From Gemmatimonadota bacterium (GTDB lineage Bacteria; Gemmatimonadota; Gemmatimonadetes; Gemmatimonadales; GWC2-71-9), in assembly GCA_039588295.1 (NCBI GenBank), contig JBDHAB010000002.1:64001-128000 (forward strand): 64,000 bases of DNA, given 5' to 3'. The position numbers were made by a program, and so were the translations under genes. The notes below the pieces were generated by a model. The model saw nothing but the letters and a program-made list of their open reading frames with translations, was not told where the DNA came from and did not search any database. Numbering within the stretch: the stretch's first letter is position 1; each line of letters starts with the position of its first letter. Shown piece after piece: positions 19,034-29,299 of this stretch.

Positions 19034-19924
19034 ATGAGATCGGCCGCACGGTTCACCGCCACATGCCTGGCGCTGGGTATTGCCGCATGTGGGCCTGCGC
19101 GACCGGATCTCACGGTCATGAGCTTCAACATTCGCTACGGAACCGCGGCCGACGGTGACAATCGTTGGGAACGGCGCTCGCCCCTGGTGTTCGATGTGAT
19201 CCGGGAGCAGGCGCCCGACGTGCTGGGAGTTCAGGAAGCCCTTCGATTCCAGCTGAATGAGATCCGCGACGCGTTTCCCCAGTACACCGAGCTCGGCGTC
19301 GGACGCGACGACGGCGAGACGCTCGGAGAGTACGTGGCGATTCTCTACCGCACCGCTCGGTTTTCCGTGGCCGACCACGGTACGTTCTGGTTTTCGGAGA
19401 CCCCATCGATTCCCGGATCGACGAGCTGGGGCAATCGCATCACCCGCATCTGCACGTGGGCGCGGCTCGAGGATCGCGTCTCGGGGCTGACGATCTACGT
19501 CTACAACGTCCACCTGGACCACGAATCGCAGCCATCCCGCGAACGCAGCGTCGAGCTCCTGGCTCACGAGATCGCGGATCGCGAGCCGCGAGAGCCGGTC
19601 ATCGTGATGGGGGACTTCAATGCCGGAGAGGACAACTCGGTGCAACGGTACCTGACAGGTACCCTGCCGCGCGCAACCGCCGACTCGGGCACCTCAGCCC
19701 CCGCGCCAGCGTTCGTGGACACGTTTCGTGCCTCCCATCCCACCGCGACGCATGTGGGCACCTTCCATGCCTTTCGAGGCGATAGCTCCGGTGCCAAGAT
19801 CGACGCCATCTTCGTGTCACACGAGCTCACCGTGCTGGAAGGGGCGATTGTGCGAACGCAACGCGAGGGGCGTTACCCGTCCGACCATTTCCCCGTCACC
19901 GCGCGGCTGCGTGCCGAGCGCTAG
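19034..19924 (+). CDS. Endonuclease/exonuclease/phosphatase (EEP) family lipoprotein
   Basis: Lipobox IAAC; MSFNIRY, GVQEA, GVGRDDG, NVHLDH, MGDFNA, IDAIF, PSDHFPV. GTG 19016 is an alternative start. Confidence 0.92.
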   Translation: MRSAARFTATCLALGIAACGPARPDLTVMSFNIRYGTAADGDNRWERRSPLVFDVIREQAPDVLGVQEALRFQLNEIRDAFPQYTELGVGRDDGETLGEYVAILYRTARFSVADHGTFWFSETPSIPGSTSWGNRITRICTWARLEDRVSGLTIYVYNVHLDHESQPSRERSVELLAHEIADREPREPVIVMGDFNAGEDNSVQRYLTGTLPRATADSGTSAPAPAFVDTFRASHPTATHVGTFHAFRGDSSGAKIDAIFVSHELTVLEGAIVRTQREGRYPSDHFPVTARLRAER

Positions 19925-19976
19925 AAGCAGCGTCCCCACCCTCGCGCAGGAGCGGCGTGCGGGATAACTTCGCGCC

Positions 19977-20624
19977 ATGCACGAGCACCACTTCACGGTA
20001 CCGAGAACCACACGGTATTTCACGCTGGGACAGGCAGACCACCGGCTCAGTGAAGTGTGGTTCGTCTGTCACGGCTACGGTCAGCTCGCCAGTGATTTCC
20101 TCCAGCTGTTTGCGGCGCTCGACAATGGTACGCGGCTCATCGTCGCTCCCGAGGGGCTATCGCGCTACTACACGAATCACGCGCGCGGCGAGATCGGCGC
20201 GAGTTGGATGACCCGCGAGGAGCGGCTCGCGGAGGTCTCGGACTACGTACGCTACCTCGATCGGCTCTATGAACACGTGTTTCAAACGGTGCCGCGCTCG
20301 TCGGTCTCAGTTCGCGTCCTGGGGTTCTCGCAGGGCGGGGCGACCGCGGCACGCTGGGTCTCCCTCGGCAGGGCGATTGTCGATCGGCTCATCGTGTGGG
20401 GTGAGGGATTGCCGCCCGACCTGGATCTCGAGATGGCGTGGGGCAAGTTTGAGGACTCACGCCTGACGCTGGTGGTTGGCACTGACGATCCGTACATCGA
20501 CGAAACGCGTTTGGCCTCAGTCGAGGCCCGGCTCATGGAACACGAGATCCCGTACGAAACCGTGCGATATGATGGCGGCCATTACCTGGATGGCAACGTT
20601 TTGCGGTCGCTCGCGGCCACGTAG
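19977..20624 (+). CDS. Alpha/beta-hydrolase (phospholipase/carboxylesterase-like)
   Basis: CHGYGQ, APEGLSRYY, GFSQG nucleophile elbow, GTDD, GGH. Confidence 0.88.
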   Translation: MHEHHFTVPRTTRYFTLGQADHRLSEVWFVCHGYGQLASDFLQLFAALDNGTRLIVAPEGLSRYYTNHARGEIGASWMTREERLAEVSDYVRYLDRLYEHVFQTVPRSSVSVRVLGFSQGGATAARWVSLGRAIVDRLIVWGEGLPPDLDLEMAWGKFEDSRLTLVVGTDDPYIDETRLASVEARLMEHEIPYETVRYDGGHYLDGNVLRSLAAT

Positions 20625-20664
20625 CGGCCGCGCGGGCATCCGGCTCACGCCGAAACCCCCGCCG

Positions 20665-21378
20665 CTGATCGAGCTTACCCTCTTGGTCTGCGCGTGCTGG
20701 GCCACCACGCTCGCAGCTCAGGTCACGCGGCAGGAAGAGACACCAGGCCAGCGCCGAGCCCGCGAGTCGATGGTTGCGCTGATCGAGCGTTACGGGGTGC
20801 GCGACGCCGCGACCTTGCGGGCCATGCGATCGGCCCCGCGTCACGAATTCGTACCTGCCGACCAGCGAAACCGCGCGTACGGAGACCATCCGCTGCCCAT
20901 CGGTTACGGACAGACGATCTCACAACCGTACATCGTGGCCTACATGACTGAGATGCTACGCGTGGAACCGGGCGACACGGTGCTCGAGGTTGGTACGGGC
21001 TCGGGATACCAGGCCGCCGTGCTGGCGGAACTCGACGTGGAGGTCTACACCATCGAGATCTTCGCGGCGCTCGCCGCGAGCGCGCGGCGGCGCCTCGGGC
21101 GGCTCGGCTACGAGAACGTCACCGTACGGCACGGCGACGGGCACTTCGGCTGGGAAGAACACGCGCCGTTTGACGGTGTGATCGTGACGGCGGCCGCCGG
21201 GTACATTCCCCCCGCACTCACCGATCAGCTCAAAACCGGCGCGCGCATGCTGATACCCGTGGGGAGCGTCTATGGGGTGCAGAACCTCATTCTCGTTGAG
21301 AAGCGGGAAGACGGAGCCCTCACAACCCGCTCGCTCTTGCCGGTGCGTTTCGTTCCGATGCTCGAAGGCCTCCGCTGA
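20665..21378 (+). CDS. pcm: Protein-L-isoaspartate O-methyltransferase; start uncertain (CTG 20665, TTG 20683 or ATG 20770)
   Basis: PRHEFVP, AYGDHPLPIGYGQTISQPY, VLEVGTGSGYQAA, APFDGVIVTAAA, VRFVPM. Confidence 0.93.
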   Translation: MIELTLLVCACWATTLAAQVTRQEETPGQRRARESMVALIERYGVRDAATLRAMRSAPRHEFVPADQRNRAYGDHPLPIGYGQTISQPYIVAYMTEMLRVEPGDTVLEVGTGSGYQAAVLAELDVEVYTIEIFAALAASARRRLGRLGYENVTVRHGDGHFGWEEHAPFDGVIVTAAAGYIPPALTDQLKTGARMLIPVGSVYGVQNLILVEKREDGALTTRSLLPVRFVPMLEGLR

Positions 21379-23774
21379 AGCACGCGACGCTCTCTCGAGC
21401 CGCCGCGGTTACCCTCGTCTCCGCTGGCACGCTCACCTATGAACTCCTGCTCGTGCGCGTGTTCGCCATCGAGCAATTCCATCACTTCGCCTACATGGCA
21501 ATCGGCGTCGCCATGCTGGGATTCGGGACCACCGGCACCGTTCTGGCGCTCCGCGGGCAGATGGAGCGGTCTCGAGCGGAGCTATGGTTCTACCGTGCGA
21601 CGATGCTCACGGTCGTTGCCCTCCTGGCAGCACCCACCCTTATCCATCGAATACCGGTCGATGCCACCCAACTCCTCTGGGACCTCGGACAGTGGCCGCG
21701 CATGGCTCTCGTCTACGCCGTGCTGGCCCTACCGTTCGCGGCAGGTGCCCTCGCCATCCTCCTAGCGCTCCAACTCTCGGACAACCGACTCGGATTCATC
21801 TACGGTGCGAGCTTCTTCGGTTCCGGGATCGGCGCCACCCTCTCACTGGTCGTGCTCTCCGTCTGGAGTCCGGACAGGGCGTTGGCGGCGCCGGCGCTCA
21901 TTGCGGTGCTGGGAGTCTTGCCGGCGCGCGGAGATCCGCGCCGCGGCCGATCGATGGGCATCCTCCTACTGATCGCCACCGTGGCCATGGTCGCTCGACC
22001 CCTGTGGCAACTCGACCTCGCCTCCCACAAGGCGCTCACCCAAATCGCGGCATACCCCGGCGCAGAACGCATCGCCGAACGAACGAGCCCCCTCGGATGG
22101 ACCGTCGCAGTCGGCGCCCCCGCGTTCCGCCACGCACCCGGGTTGTCACTCGCATTTCGCGGGGAGTTCCCATCCCAGCTGGGGCTGTTCGTGGACGCAC
22201 AGCTGGTGGGCGCCGTACCCACCGATGCTCTCGATACCGCAGAGCTCGACCTGCTCGATTGGCTCCCGACCGCAGCCCCGTACGCCGTGCGAACACCGGG
22301 TCATGTACTCGTGCTCGCCGCCGGAGGAGGCACGGAAGTGCGAAACGCCAGGCGGCACGGGGCCCGGCGAGTGACGGCCGTCGAGCCCGTGGCCGATGTC
22401 GTACACCTGGCGGCGGAACGCGCCATCGCCAAGACGTTCACGGAGGGGACAGACTGGGTCTTCGCCGACGGGCGGTCGTTTGCATCCCGGACTCGCGAAG
22501 CCTACGACGTGATCACGATCGGCCCCGCTGGCGGCCTCGGTGCGGCAGCCGCCGGCGTGCATGCGTTGACCGAGGATTTCCTCCATACGGTCGAAGCGTA
22601 CACGCGATACCTGCAAATCCTATCGCCGGACGGAATACTCGCCGTGACACGCTGGAGTTCGACGCCCCCCCGGGAGAACGTCCGTGTCATCCTGACCGCC
22701 GCTGCCGCACTTCGGCGGGTGGCACCGACAACGGCCAGTCAGGCGATGATCGTGCTACGGAGCTGGGGCACCGCCACGACGTTGCTCAAGCCGTCGGGCT
22801 TCTCCGCCGCCGAGTTCGCCAGTCTCGAACGGTGGGCGACCGAACGGCAATTCGATATCGAGTGGGGGCCAGGAACCGACACACCAGGCACGCGGTTCCA
22901 TCAGACCGCGGAGCCGGTGCTGTTTCGCGCGGCGCGAGCCGCGGCACACGGCCCGTCCGCCGCGACGCGATTCGCATCGGAGTATCCGCTCGACGTGCGA
23001 CCGGCAACCGACGCCCGGCCGTTCCCCCACCATTTTCTCACGCTGTCGTCACTCGCGACCTTCCTGCGTACCGACCGTGGAAGCTGGCTGCCTTTCGCAG
23101 AGCTCGGCTTCGTCACGATCATCGCCACACTCCTCCAGAGCACCGCGCTCGCGATCGTCTGCCTGCTCATCCCAATCATGGCTCGCCCGACGATCGGGAT
23201 GAGCAGGCAGACGATGTCCGTCGTCGGCTATTTCGGTGCAATCGGCTTGGGCTATCTGGCAATGGAGATCGCGGCCATCCAGGTGATGATCCTGCTCTTG
23301 GGCCATCCGGTCTACGCCGTCGTTGCCGTCCTGTCGACGATCCTCATCTGCTCGGGGGCGGGGAGCGCGTGGTCCGATCGCCTGAGCACCACCTATGGCT
23401 GGGTGCCGGGATTGGTGCTCGCCGGGACGCTCGCATTGATGGGTGGAGCAGTGCTCATCGTGGTGCACGCGGCCCAGGGCTGGCCGCTGGCAGCTCGAGC
23501 CGTCGTCGCGCTTGCCGTCGTTGCACCGACCGCGCTCGTGATGGGAACGCCCTTCCCGCTGGGGCTGAGAACCATGGCGAGAGGTGATCACGCACGGACG
23601 GCGCTGGCGTGGGCCAGCAACGGCTTCGCGTCCGTGATCGCTGCGCCCCTGGCGGCGCTGATAGCCCTCCAATCCGGCTCGCGCCTCGTGCTATTCGTCG
23701 CCGCGATAGCCTACGGAACTGCCGCCATCATCTACAGAGCGGTCCGGCATCCATCGGAGCGTGCCGGCGTCTAG
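21375..23774 (+). CDS. Polytopic membrane protein with a central spermidine-synthase-like SAM-binding domain
   Basis: Multiple TMs at both ends; YELLLVRVF..FHHFAY..G.AMLGFG, VLVLAAGGGTE, ADGRSF, YDVI, GTPFP.GL, AWASNGFASV. An in-frame CTG at 21375 overlaps the pcm TGA. Confidence 0.85.
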   Translation: MKHATLSRAAAVTLVSAGTLTYELLLVRVFAIEQFHHFAYMAIGVAMLGFGTTGTVLALRGQMERSRAELWFYRATMLTVVALLAAPTLIHRIPVDATQLLWDLGQWPRMALVYAVLALPFAAGALAILLALQLSDNRLGFIYGASFFGSGIGATLSLVVLSVWSPDRALAAPALIAVLGVLPARGDPRRGRSMGILLLIATVAMVARPLWQLDLASHKALTQIAAYPGAERIAERTSPLGWTVAVGAPAFRHAPGLSLAFRGEFPSQLGLFVDAQLVGAVPTDALDTAELDLLDWLPTAAPYAVRTPGHVLVLAAGGGTEVRNARRHGARRVTAVEPVADVVHLAAERAIAKTFTEGTDWVFADGRSFASRTREAYDVITIGPAGGLGAAAAGVHALTEDFLHTVEAYTRYLQILSPDGILAVTRWSSTPPRENVRVILTAAAALRRVAPTTASQAMIVLRSWGTATTLLKPSGFSAAEFASLERWATERQFDIEWGPGTDTPGTRFHQTAEPVLFRAARAAAHGPSAATRFASEYPLDVRPATDARPFPHHFLTLSSLATFLRTDRGSWLPFAELGFVTIIATLLQSTALAIVCLLIPIMARPTIGMSRQTMSVVGYFGAIGLGYLAMEIAAIQVMILLLGHPVYAVVAVLSTILICSGAGSAWSDRLSTTYGWVPGLVLAGTLALMGGAVLIVVHAAQGWPLAARAVVALAVVAPTALVMGTPFPLGLRTMARGDHARTALAWASNGFASVIAAPLAALIALQSGSRLVLFVAAIAYGTAAIIYRAVRHPSERAGV

Positions 23775-23809
23775 AGCCGAACGGCGAGCCGCCGACCCGG
23801 TTTGCCTGG

Positions 23810-24505
23810 TTACCGGAACGCCACCGTTAGATCGTCGAAGAATGCGATCGCAGAGCTTCGGGTGTTGTCCGTGTCAACCATCAGCGCAGTACCGGTCACG
23901 GAGCCCGGTGCTTCGCCAAAGAAGGCACGGTAGTCTTCGAGAAAGTCCCGCTCTTCACGAATCCAGCTTCCCGCCCGACTGTTGCCGCTCTGGAGGACGA
24001 TCATTGCAACCCGGTCCGAATAGGCGTTGGGAAACGTACTGCCCACGGGTTCGGCCGCCGCCCACACATAACACACCGCACGTGTCCTGCGGCTCCCGAA
24101 TTCACCCTCGAAGATCACGAAGACCCGCGCAACAAAGTCATCACCGCCCTTGGTCCTCTCCGATCGGGCACCCGAAAGGGTGGCAGGCACCAGCCAGCGC
24201 CAGGAAATTCGTCCGACGTCGGGGGACGCAACGGAGAGACGCCGAACCATCGCCGATGCCGCCGATTGGCTTCTCGCGCTGAGGACGGCATTCCCCATGC
24301 TGTCGACGACGGCATACGTTCCCACGCGAGCCGCAAGGCGTCGTGTCGACCACCGGCCCTTCCAGTCGCCGTCGAACCCTTCGTTGAAGCCCAGCGAATC
24401 AGCGCTCTCCTGAGCCGCAGCGACACCGATCGACGCCGTCAGGGCCCAGGTGATCGCCGTGAGAGCCATGCCGCAGCGAATGCGGCGCGCGCGCCAACGC
24501 CTCAA
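23810..24505 (-). CDS. DUF3047 domain secreted protein
   Basis: DDFVARVFVIF, CYVWA, IVLQSG, EERDFLEDY, MVDTDNT; signal peptide (AAA-Q). TTG start at 24505 overlaps the fabH TGA. Confidence 0.85.
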   Translation of the reverse strand: MRRWRARRIRCGMALTAITWALTASIGVAAAQESADSLGFNEGFDGDWKGRWSTRRLAARVGTYAVVDSMGNAVLSARSQSAASAMVRRLSVASPDVGRISWRWLVPATLSGARSERTKGGDDFVARVFVIFEGEFGSRRTRAVCYVWAAAEPVGSTFPNAYSDRVAMIVLQSGNSRAGSWIREERDFLEDYRAFFGEAPGSVTGTALMVDTDNTRSSAIAFFDDLTVAFR

Positions 24506-25500
24506 TAGCGAAGCAGGTTGGCTCCCCAGGTGAACCCCGATCCGAACGCGGCGAGGCACACGAGGCTGCCGCGGGAGATGGTTCCGTCCGCCACGACTTC
24601 ACTCAATGCGATGGGAATGCTCGCGGCCGTGGTGTTCCCATACCTCGCGATGTTGCTGTACACCTTCTCACCCGGGAGTCCGAGGCGCTTGCGCACCGCC
24701 TGCGTGATGCGCTCGTTGGCCTGGTGGGGAATGACGAGATCCAACTGCTCCGCAGACAGTCCCTGCTCGTTGAGAGCGGCGTGAATCACTTCGGGGAATC
24801 GCGTGACGGCGTGCTTGAACACCTCGCGCCCATTCATGTACGGAAAGACCGAGCCCTCGTCGAGCATCTCCTTCGTCAACCACGGCCGACTCGCCGACCC
24901 CGGCCGCAGTATGCAGAGCTCTTCCGCGAACCGCCCATCCGCATGCAGATGGTGCCAGATGAGATGACTACCGTCTTTGCCATCGGTGACCTCGAGACAC
25001 ACCGCACCCGCACCGTCACCGAAGAGCACGGCCGTATCCCTACCCTCGGTGTCCATTCGCAGGCCGGCCGAATGCAGCTCGGCTCCTACGATGAGCACCC
25101 GGTCGAACATTCCCATTCGGATGTAGGCGTCGGCAGCGGAGAGGCCGTACACGAATCCCGTACACTGGTTGCGCACGTCCATCGCACCCACCTCTCGCAC
25201 GCCGAGGGCACGTTGCAGCAGCACGCCATTGCCGGGGAAGTACAAGTCGGGAGAGAGTGTGGCAAACACGATGAACTGGATGTCCTCAGGCTTCCAGCCG
25301 GCTTGGTCCATTGCCGCGCGCGCCGCAAGCACGCCAAGGTCGCTGGAGCCGACCCCGTCCTCGGCGAATCGCCGCTCGGCGATTCCCGTCCGCTCGCGAA
25401 TCCACTCGTCGGACGTGTCCATGCGCTGTTCCAGGTCCTGATTGGTGACGACCCGGTCCGGTACGTGATGACCCACACCCGCGATTCGAGAAAGCCGCAT
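24502..25500 (-). CDS. fabH: 3-oxoacyl-ACP synthase III
   Basis: DTSDEWIRERTGI, NQCTGFVYGL (Cys), FGDGAGA, PHQAN (His), YGNTTAAS (Asn), FGSGFTWG. Confidence 0.95.
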   Translation of the reverse strand: MRLSRIAGVGHHVPDRVVTNQDLEQRMDTSDEWIRERTGIAERRFAEDGVGSSDLGVLAARAAMDQAGWKPEDIQFIVFATLSPDLYFPGNGVLLQRALGVREVGAMDVRNQCTGFVYGLSAADAYIRMGMFDRVLIVGAELHSAGLRMDTEGRDTAVLFGDGAGAVCLEVTDGKDGSHLIWHHLHADGRFAEELCILRPGSASRPWLTKEMLDEGSVFPYMNGREVFKHAVTRFPEVIHAALNEQGLSAEQLDLVIPHQANERITQAVRKRLGLPGEKVYSNIARYGNTTAASIPIALSEVVADGTISRGSLVCLAAFGSGFTWGANLLRY

Positions 25501-25658
25501 CGCTCCCATCCTTGTCCCAAGTCCTTTGATTCCTATCCCTCGGATCCGTCGGGGGCAACGGTCGCCCCAGTGGCGCCGGCCCCTACTGGCTGGTCGCAGC
25601 GCCCCCTGCAATATTACCTACTGGGAGGCGTTCGTACCGACGCGTATGGGGGTTCGCC

Positions 25659-26495
25659 ATGCTGATGTCTGACGGTCTCGACGTCGACGTGTTCGGACTG
25701 ACCGACGTTGGGAGGGTCCGCCGCGAGAACCAGGATCAGTTCCTGATTGCGGCGCTCCACAAGGTCGTCGAGATCCACGGTACCAGCATCCCGGACACCT
25801 ATAGGCGACACTTCGACAGCGGAGCGCGGGCGCTCCTACTGCTCGTGGCGGACGGTGTCGGCGGCAGCCACGGCGGTGACGAAGCCAGCAGCGTCACCCT
25901 CGACGCCATCATGGACTACGTCACCAATTCAATGCGCTGCTTCTACAAGCTCGACGAACAAATCTCCCACGACCTGCTCCAGGAACTCGCGTCTTCGGTG
26001 GAGCGCAGTCATCGCGCGGTGCTCGCGAGGGCCGAGCAAGTACCGGAACGGTCGGGAATGGCGACCACCCTCACCATGGCACACGTGCTGTGGCCGCGGG
26101 CATATGTGGTCCAGATCGGCGACAGCAGATGTTACCGCGTGCGGGGCTCGGAGATTGAACAGGTCACCAAGGATCAGACGCTCGTGCAGAGCCTCGTCGA
26201 CGAGGGTGCGCTCAAGCCGGAGGATGCCTCAGCGTCTCCGTACTCGAGCGTGCTCACGCAGGCCATCGGTGGATCTCAGGGCGTCGAGCCAGCGATTTCA
26301 CGCGTCGACCTCGAACCCGGTGACACCCTGCTTCTCTGTACGGACGGGCTGACGAAACACATGTCCGATGAGGCGGTCGCGCGGCAGGTTACAGCCGCGG
26401 GCTCGGCGAAGCAGGCCTGCGAGCAGCTGGTCCATACCGCGCTCGAATCCGGAGGGAGCGACAACGTCACCGTGGTCGTGACGCGGTTCCAGTAG
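25659..26495 (+). CDS. PP2C-family (PPM) Ser/Thr protein phosphatase
   Basis: TDVGRVRRENQD, VADGVGG, IGDSRCY, LLCTDGL, GGSDNVT. Confidence 0.93.
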   Translation: MLMSDGLDVDVFGLTDVGRVRRENQDQFLIAALHKVVEIHGTSIPDTYRRHFDSGARALLLLVADGVGGSHGGDEASSVTLDAIMDYVTNSMRCFYKLDEQISHDLLQELASSVERSHRAVLARAEQVPERSGMATTLTMAHVLWPRAYVVQIGDSRCYRVRGSEIEQVTKDQTLVQSLVDEGALKPEDASASPYSSVLTQAIGGSQGVEPAISRVDLEPGDTLLLCTDGLTKHMSDEAVARQVTAAGSAKQACEQLVHTALESGGSDNVTVVVTRFQ

Positions 26496-26513
26496 GCATC
26501 CACCGACGCGAGG

Positions 26514-29243
26514 CTACGGCTCCCGAGCTCCCGTCAGCTCACGGAGCCGCTCCAGGAGCTCCCCAACCTGCTGCATCTCTTCACCATAGCGTGCCCAATC
26601 GCCGGTGCGCTGTGCTGCCATCGCACGGTCGTAATGCTCCGCCGCCTCACGCACCAGATCGGCGGCGGTGACCGCAGCCGACTCCGCGAGCGGCGCGGCG
26701 GCGGCAGCCACTTGGAGCGGCTCCGGGGCCTCAGACTGGACCACGCCGCCGAACAGGCGCGACACGCCCTCCGCCAGCGTTTCCTCCATCACCACCTGGT
26801 TCTCGTAGGCCACGATCACGCGCTTGAGCTCCGGGATGCGCCCACCTTGGGCACGAAGGTAGAGCGCCTGCACAAAGATCAGCGACTCTCCGATAGGAAT
26901 CACTAAGAGGTTGCCCCGAATCACTTCGGAGCCGCGCTGATCCCAGAGAGAAACCTGCCTCGAGATCTCGGTGTTCTGGTTGATGCGATTGACCACTTGT
27001 GTTGGCCCGAACACCAAGCGCTGACGGGGAAACCGGTACACCACGAGCTCGCCATAGCGATCGCCGTCGTTTCGCGCCACCATCCACGCCGAGAGGTTGT
27101 CCTTGCCCCGGGGCGTGAACGGTGTCATCAGAATGAACTCCTCCTGCTCTTCGCCGGGGAGTCGCATGACGATATGCCGCAGGAAGGGGTCCCGGCTCGC
27201 ATCGGCACGGTTCGTCGAGGGGATCTGCCACTCGTCCTCACGGTGGTAGAAGACGTCCGGCTCGTCCATGTGATACGTGGCATGGAGAATCGTCTGCGCG
27301 CGGAACAGGTCCTCGGGGTACCGTATGTGGGCGCGCAAGTCACTTGGCATCGAGTCGAGCGGGAGGAATATCCCGGGGAAGATCCGGTCATACGTTTGAA
27401 TGATCGGATCTTCGGCATCGGCGATATACGCGGTGACGCTGCCGTCGTAGGCATCGATCACCACCTTCACACTGTTCCGCAGGTAGTTTGCTCCGTTTCG
27501 GAGCGGCAGCGAGTAGGGATATCGATCGGTCGCCGTGTAGGCGTCCAATATCCACTTCAGGTGCCCGGCATCGGTGATGGTGATATACGGGTCGCGGTCC
27601 CACAGCAGGAACGGCAGGGCTTTTGCGGCGCGCTCACTGATACGACGATGAAACTGCACCCGGCTATCGTTCGTGATGTCCTGCGACATGAGAATCTTGA
27701 GTGCCCGGAAGTGCATGCTGAAGACCGCGCGGCGGAGGAGCGAAGAGGCCGCCACTCCTCCCGTGCCTTCATACGTCGTGAATACGTCCCCCTCACCCGC
27801 GGGATAGTCGAACTCCCGCTGTCCGGTGTTGACGAACACCCAGTCGTTCGAGAGCTCACCGTAGTAGATGCCCGGACGCGTGACCTGGAGCGACACATCG
27901 GACGCCGGCGGCAGATCCTTGATGAACAGCACCGGCAACCCTTCCTGCGTCACCTCGGTCACCGGACCGAGCGTGAGCCCCATACCGTGTGTGAACGTGA
28001 GTCGCTCGTTGATGAACCCCCCCCTCGGAAGCGACAGCGAATTCAACTCGCGAGGCGACAGAAGCACCTGCCGGTACTTGCCGTCCACCCAGTAGCGATC
28101 GTCGTCCACCGACACGAAGTCGTAGTACGTCCTGATCTCCTGAAGCTGCCCGAACGTCTGGAGCAAGGGATCGCGATCCCACAACCGAACGTTCTCGATG
28201 GTCGCCGCGTTCGCCTGGACATCCGCCAACGTGAGTCGTGACTGTCCGCTCAGCTCACGCGTCACGACCCCATCCAGCCCCCAGGCGCGCCGGGTGGCGG
28301 CAATATGGCGCTCGAGCTGGGGAGTCTCCTTCACGAGCTCGTTGGGAATGACCACGAGTCGTTGGACCGCGCTGGTGGTGAGAGCGGCGAGCACGCCAAC
28401 CGCTACGTACGCCACCCCTGCGATGAGCGTGTTTCGCACGAGCCGGCGGGTCAATCCACCCCAGATGACCAGTCCGGCTCCGACGAAGGCCACGACACCC
28501 AAAATGCGGAGCGCGGGTACCCGCACGCTCAGGTCCGTGAAGCTTGCGCCGGCAAATGGACCGGTCGTCGCATAGAGCAGCGACGGGAGACTAACGAAGA
28601 ACGCACGCGCTGCGAGCGCCAAGAGGAGCACCGCAATGAGCACCGCGAGGTGCAACTGCGCCGAGGGTTCGACGGTCACTTTGCGACGCACCAGGATTAG
28701 ATCCCGACGGATCAGATAGAGCGGCGCGGCACTCAACAGTCCGAGGACGCATAGGCTCACGACGAAGCCGAGCACCAACGACAGCACCGGCAGGGTGAAC
28801 ACGTAATAGGCGATGTCTCTCCCGAACACCGGATCGGTCGTGCCAAACGGCGTTTGTTCGATGAACCGGAGGATCGGCAGCCAAGCCTGTGACGCCATTG
28901 CGCCGTACAGCAACGCGAGCAACAGCGCGACCGGCCAGACGAGCGGCCGCAACGCTCGCGCGACGTCGACACTCTGACCGCGATTCTTCAACGACAGCAC
29001 TACCGAGCTCGGCACGACGCCACGCAGTGCAATCCGGAGGTTGACGAAGAAGAAGCCGAACACGATGAGGCCCACGCTCACGCCGAGCACGACCTTCGCG
29101 AAGAGCTGGGTCAGGAACACCTTTCGCAAATCGAGGGCGTCAAACCAGTACCAGTCGGCCGCCAGGCCCGCCAGCGCCGGCGCGCCGGCGAGCGCTACGA
29201 CGAACACCGCAGCCACTCCACCCAGTATCAAGATCCTGCGCAT
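26514..29243 (-). CDS. UPF0182 family membrane protein
   Basis: DWYWF, TDPVFGRDIAYYVF.LP, NVRLWD, QEIRTYYDF..DDDRY, THGMG, NYLRNSVK, GNLLVIP, PELKRVI. Confidence 0.93.
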   Translation of the reverse strand: MRRILILGGVAAVFVVALAGAPALAGLAADWYWFDALDLRKVFLTQLFAKVVLGVSVGLIVFGFFFVNLRIALRGVVPSSVVLSLKNRGQSVDVARALRPLVWPVALLLALLYGAMASQAWLPILRFIEQTPFGTTDPVFGRDIAYYVFTLPVLSLVLGFVVSLCVLGLLSAAPLYLIRRDLILVRRKVTVEPSAQLHLAVLIAVLLLALAARAFFVSLPSLLYATTGPFAGASFTDLSVRVPALRILGVVAFVGAGLVIWGGLTRRLVRNTLIAGVAYVAVGVLAALTTSAVQRLVVIPNELVKETPQLERHIAATRRAWGLDGVVTRELSGQSRLTLADVQANAATIENVRLWDRDPLLQTFGQLQEIRTYYDFVSVDDDRYWVDGKYRQVLLSPRELNSLSLPRGGFINERLTFTHGMGLTLGPVTEVTQEGLPVLFIKDLPPASDVSLQVTRPGIYYGELSNDWVFVNTGQREFDYPAGEGDVFTTYEGTGGVAASSLLRRAVFSMHFRALKILMSQDITNDSRVQFHRRISERAAKALPFLLWDRDPYITITDAGHLKWILDAYTATDRYPYSLPLRNGANYLRNSVKVVIDAYDGSVTAYIADAEDPIIQTYDRIFPGIFLPLDSMPSDLRAHIRYPEDLFRAQTILHATYHMDEPDVFYHREDEWQIPSTNRADASRDPFLRHIVMRLPGEEQEEFILMTPFTPRGKDNLSAWMVARNDGDRYGELVVYRFPRQRLVFGPTQVVNRINQNTEISRQVSLWDQRGSEVIRGNLLVIPIGESLIFVQALYLRAQGGRIPELKRVIVAYENQVVMEETLAEGVSRLFGGVVQSEAPEPLQVAAAAAPLAESAAVTAADLVREAAEHYDRAMAAQRTGDWARYGEEMQQVGELLERLRELTGAREP

Positions 29244-29299
29244 TATCTCACCCCCAAACGACCAATCGTCGTTGCAGCACCATCCTCAACAAGCAAACC

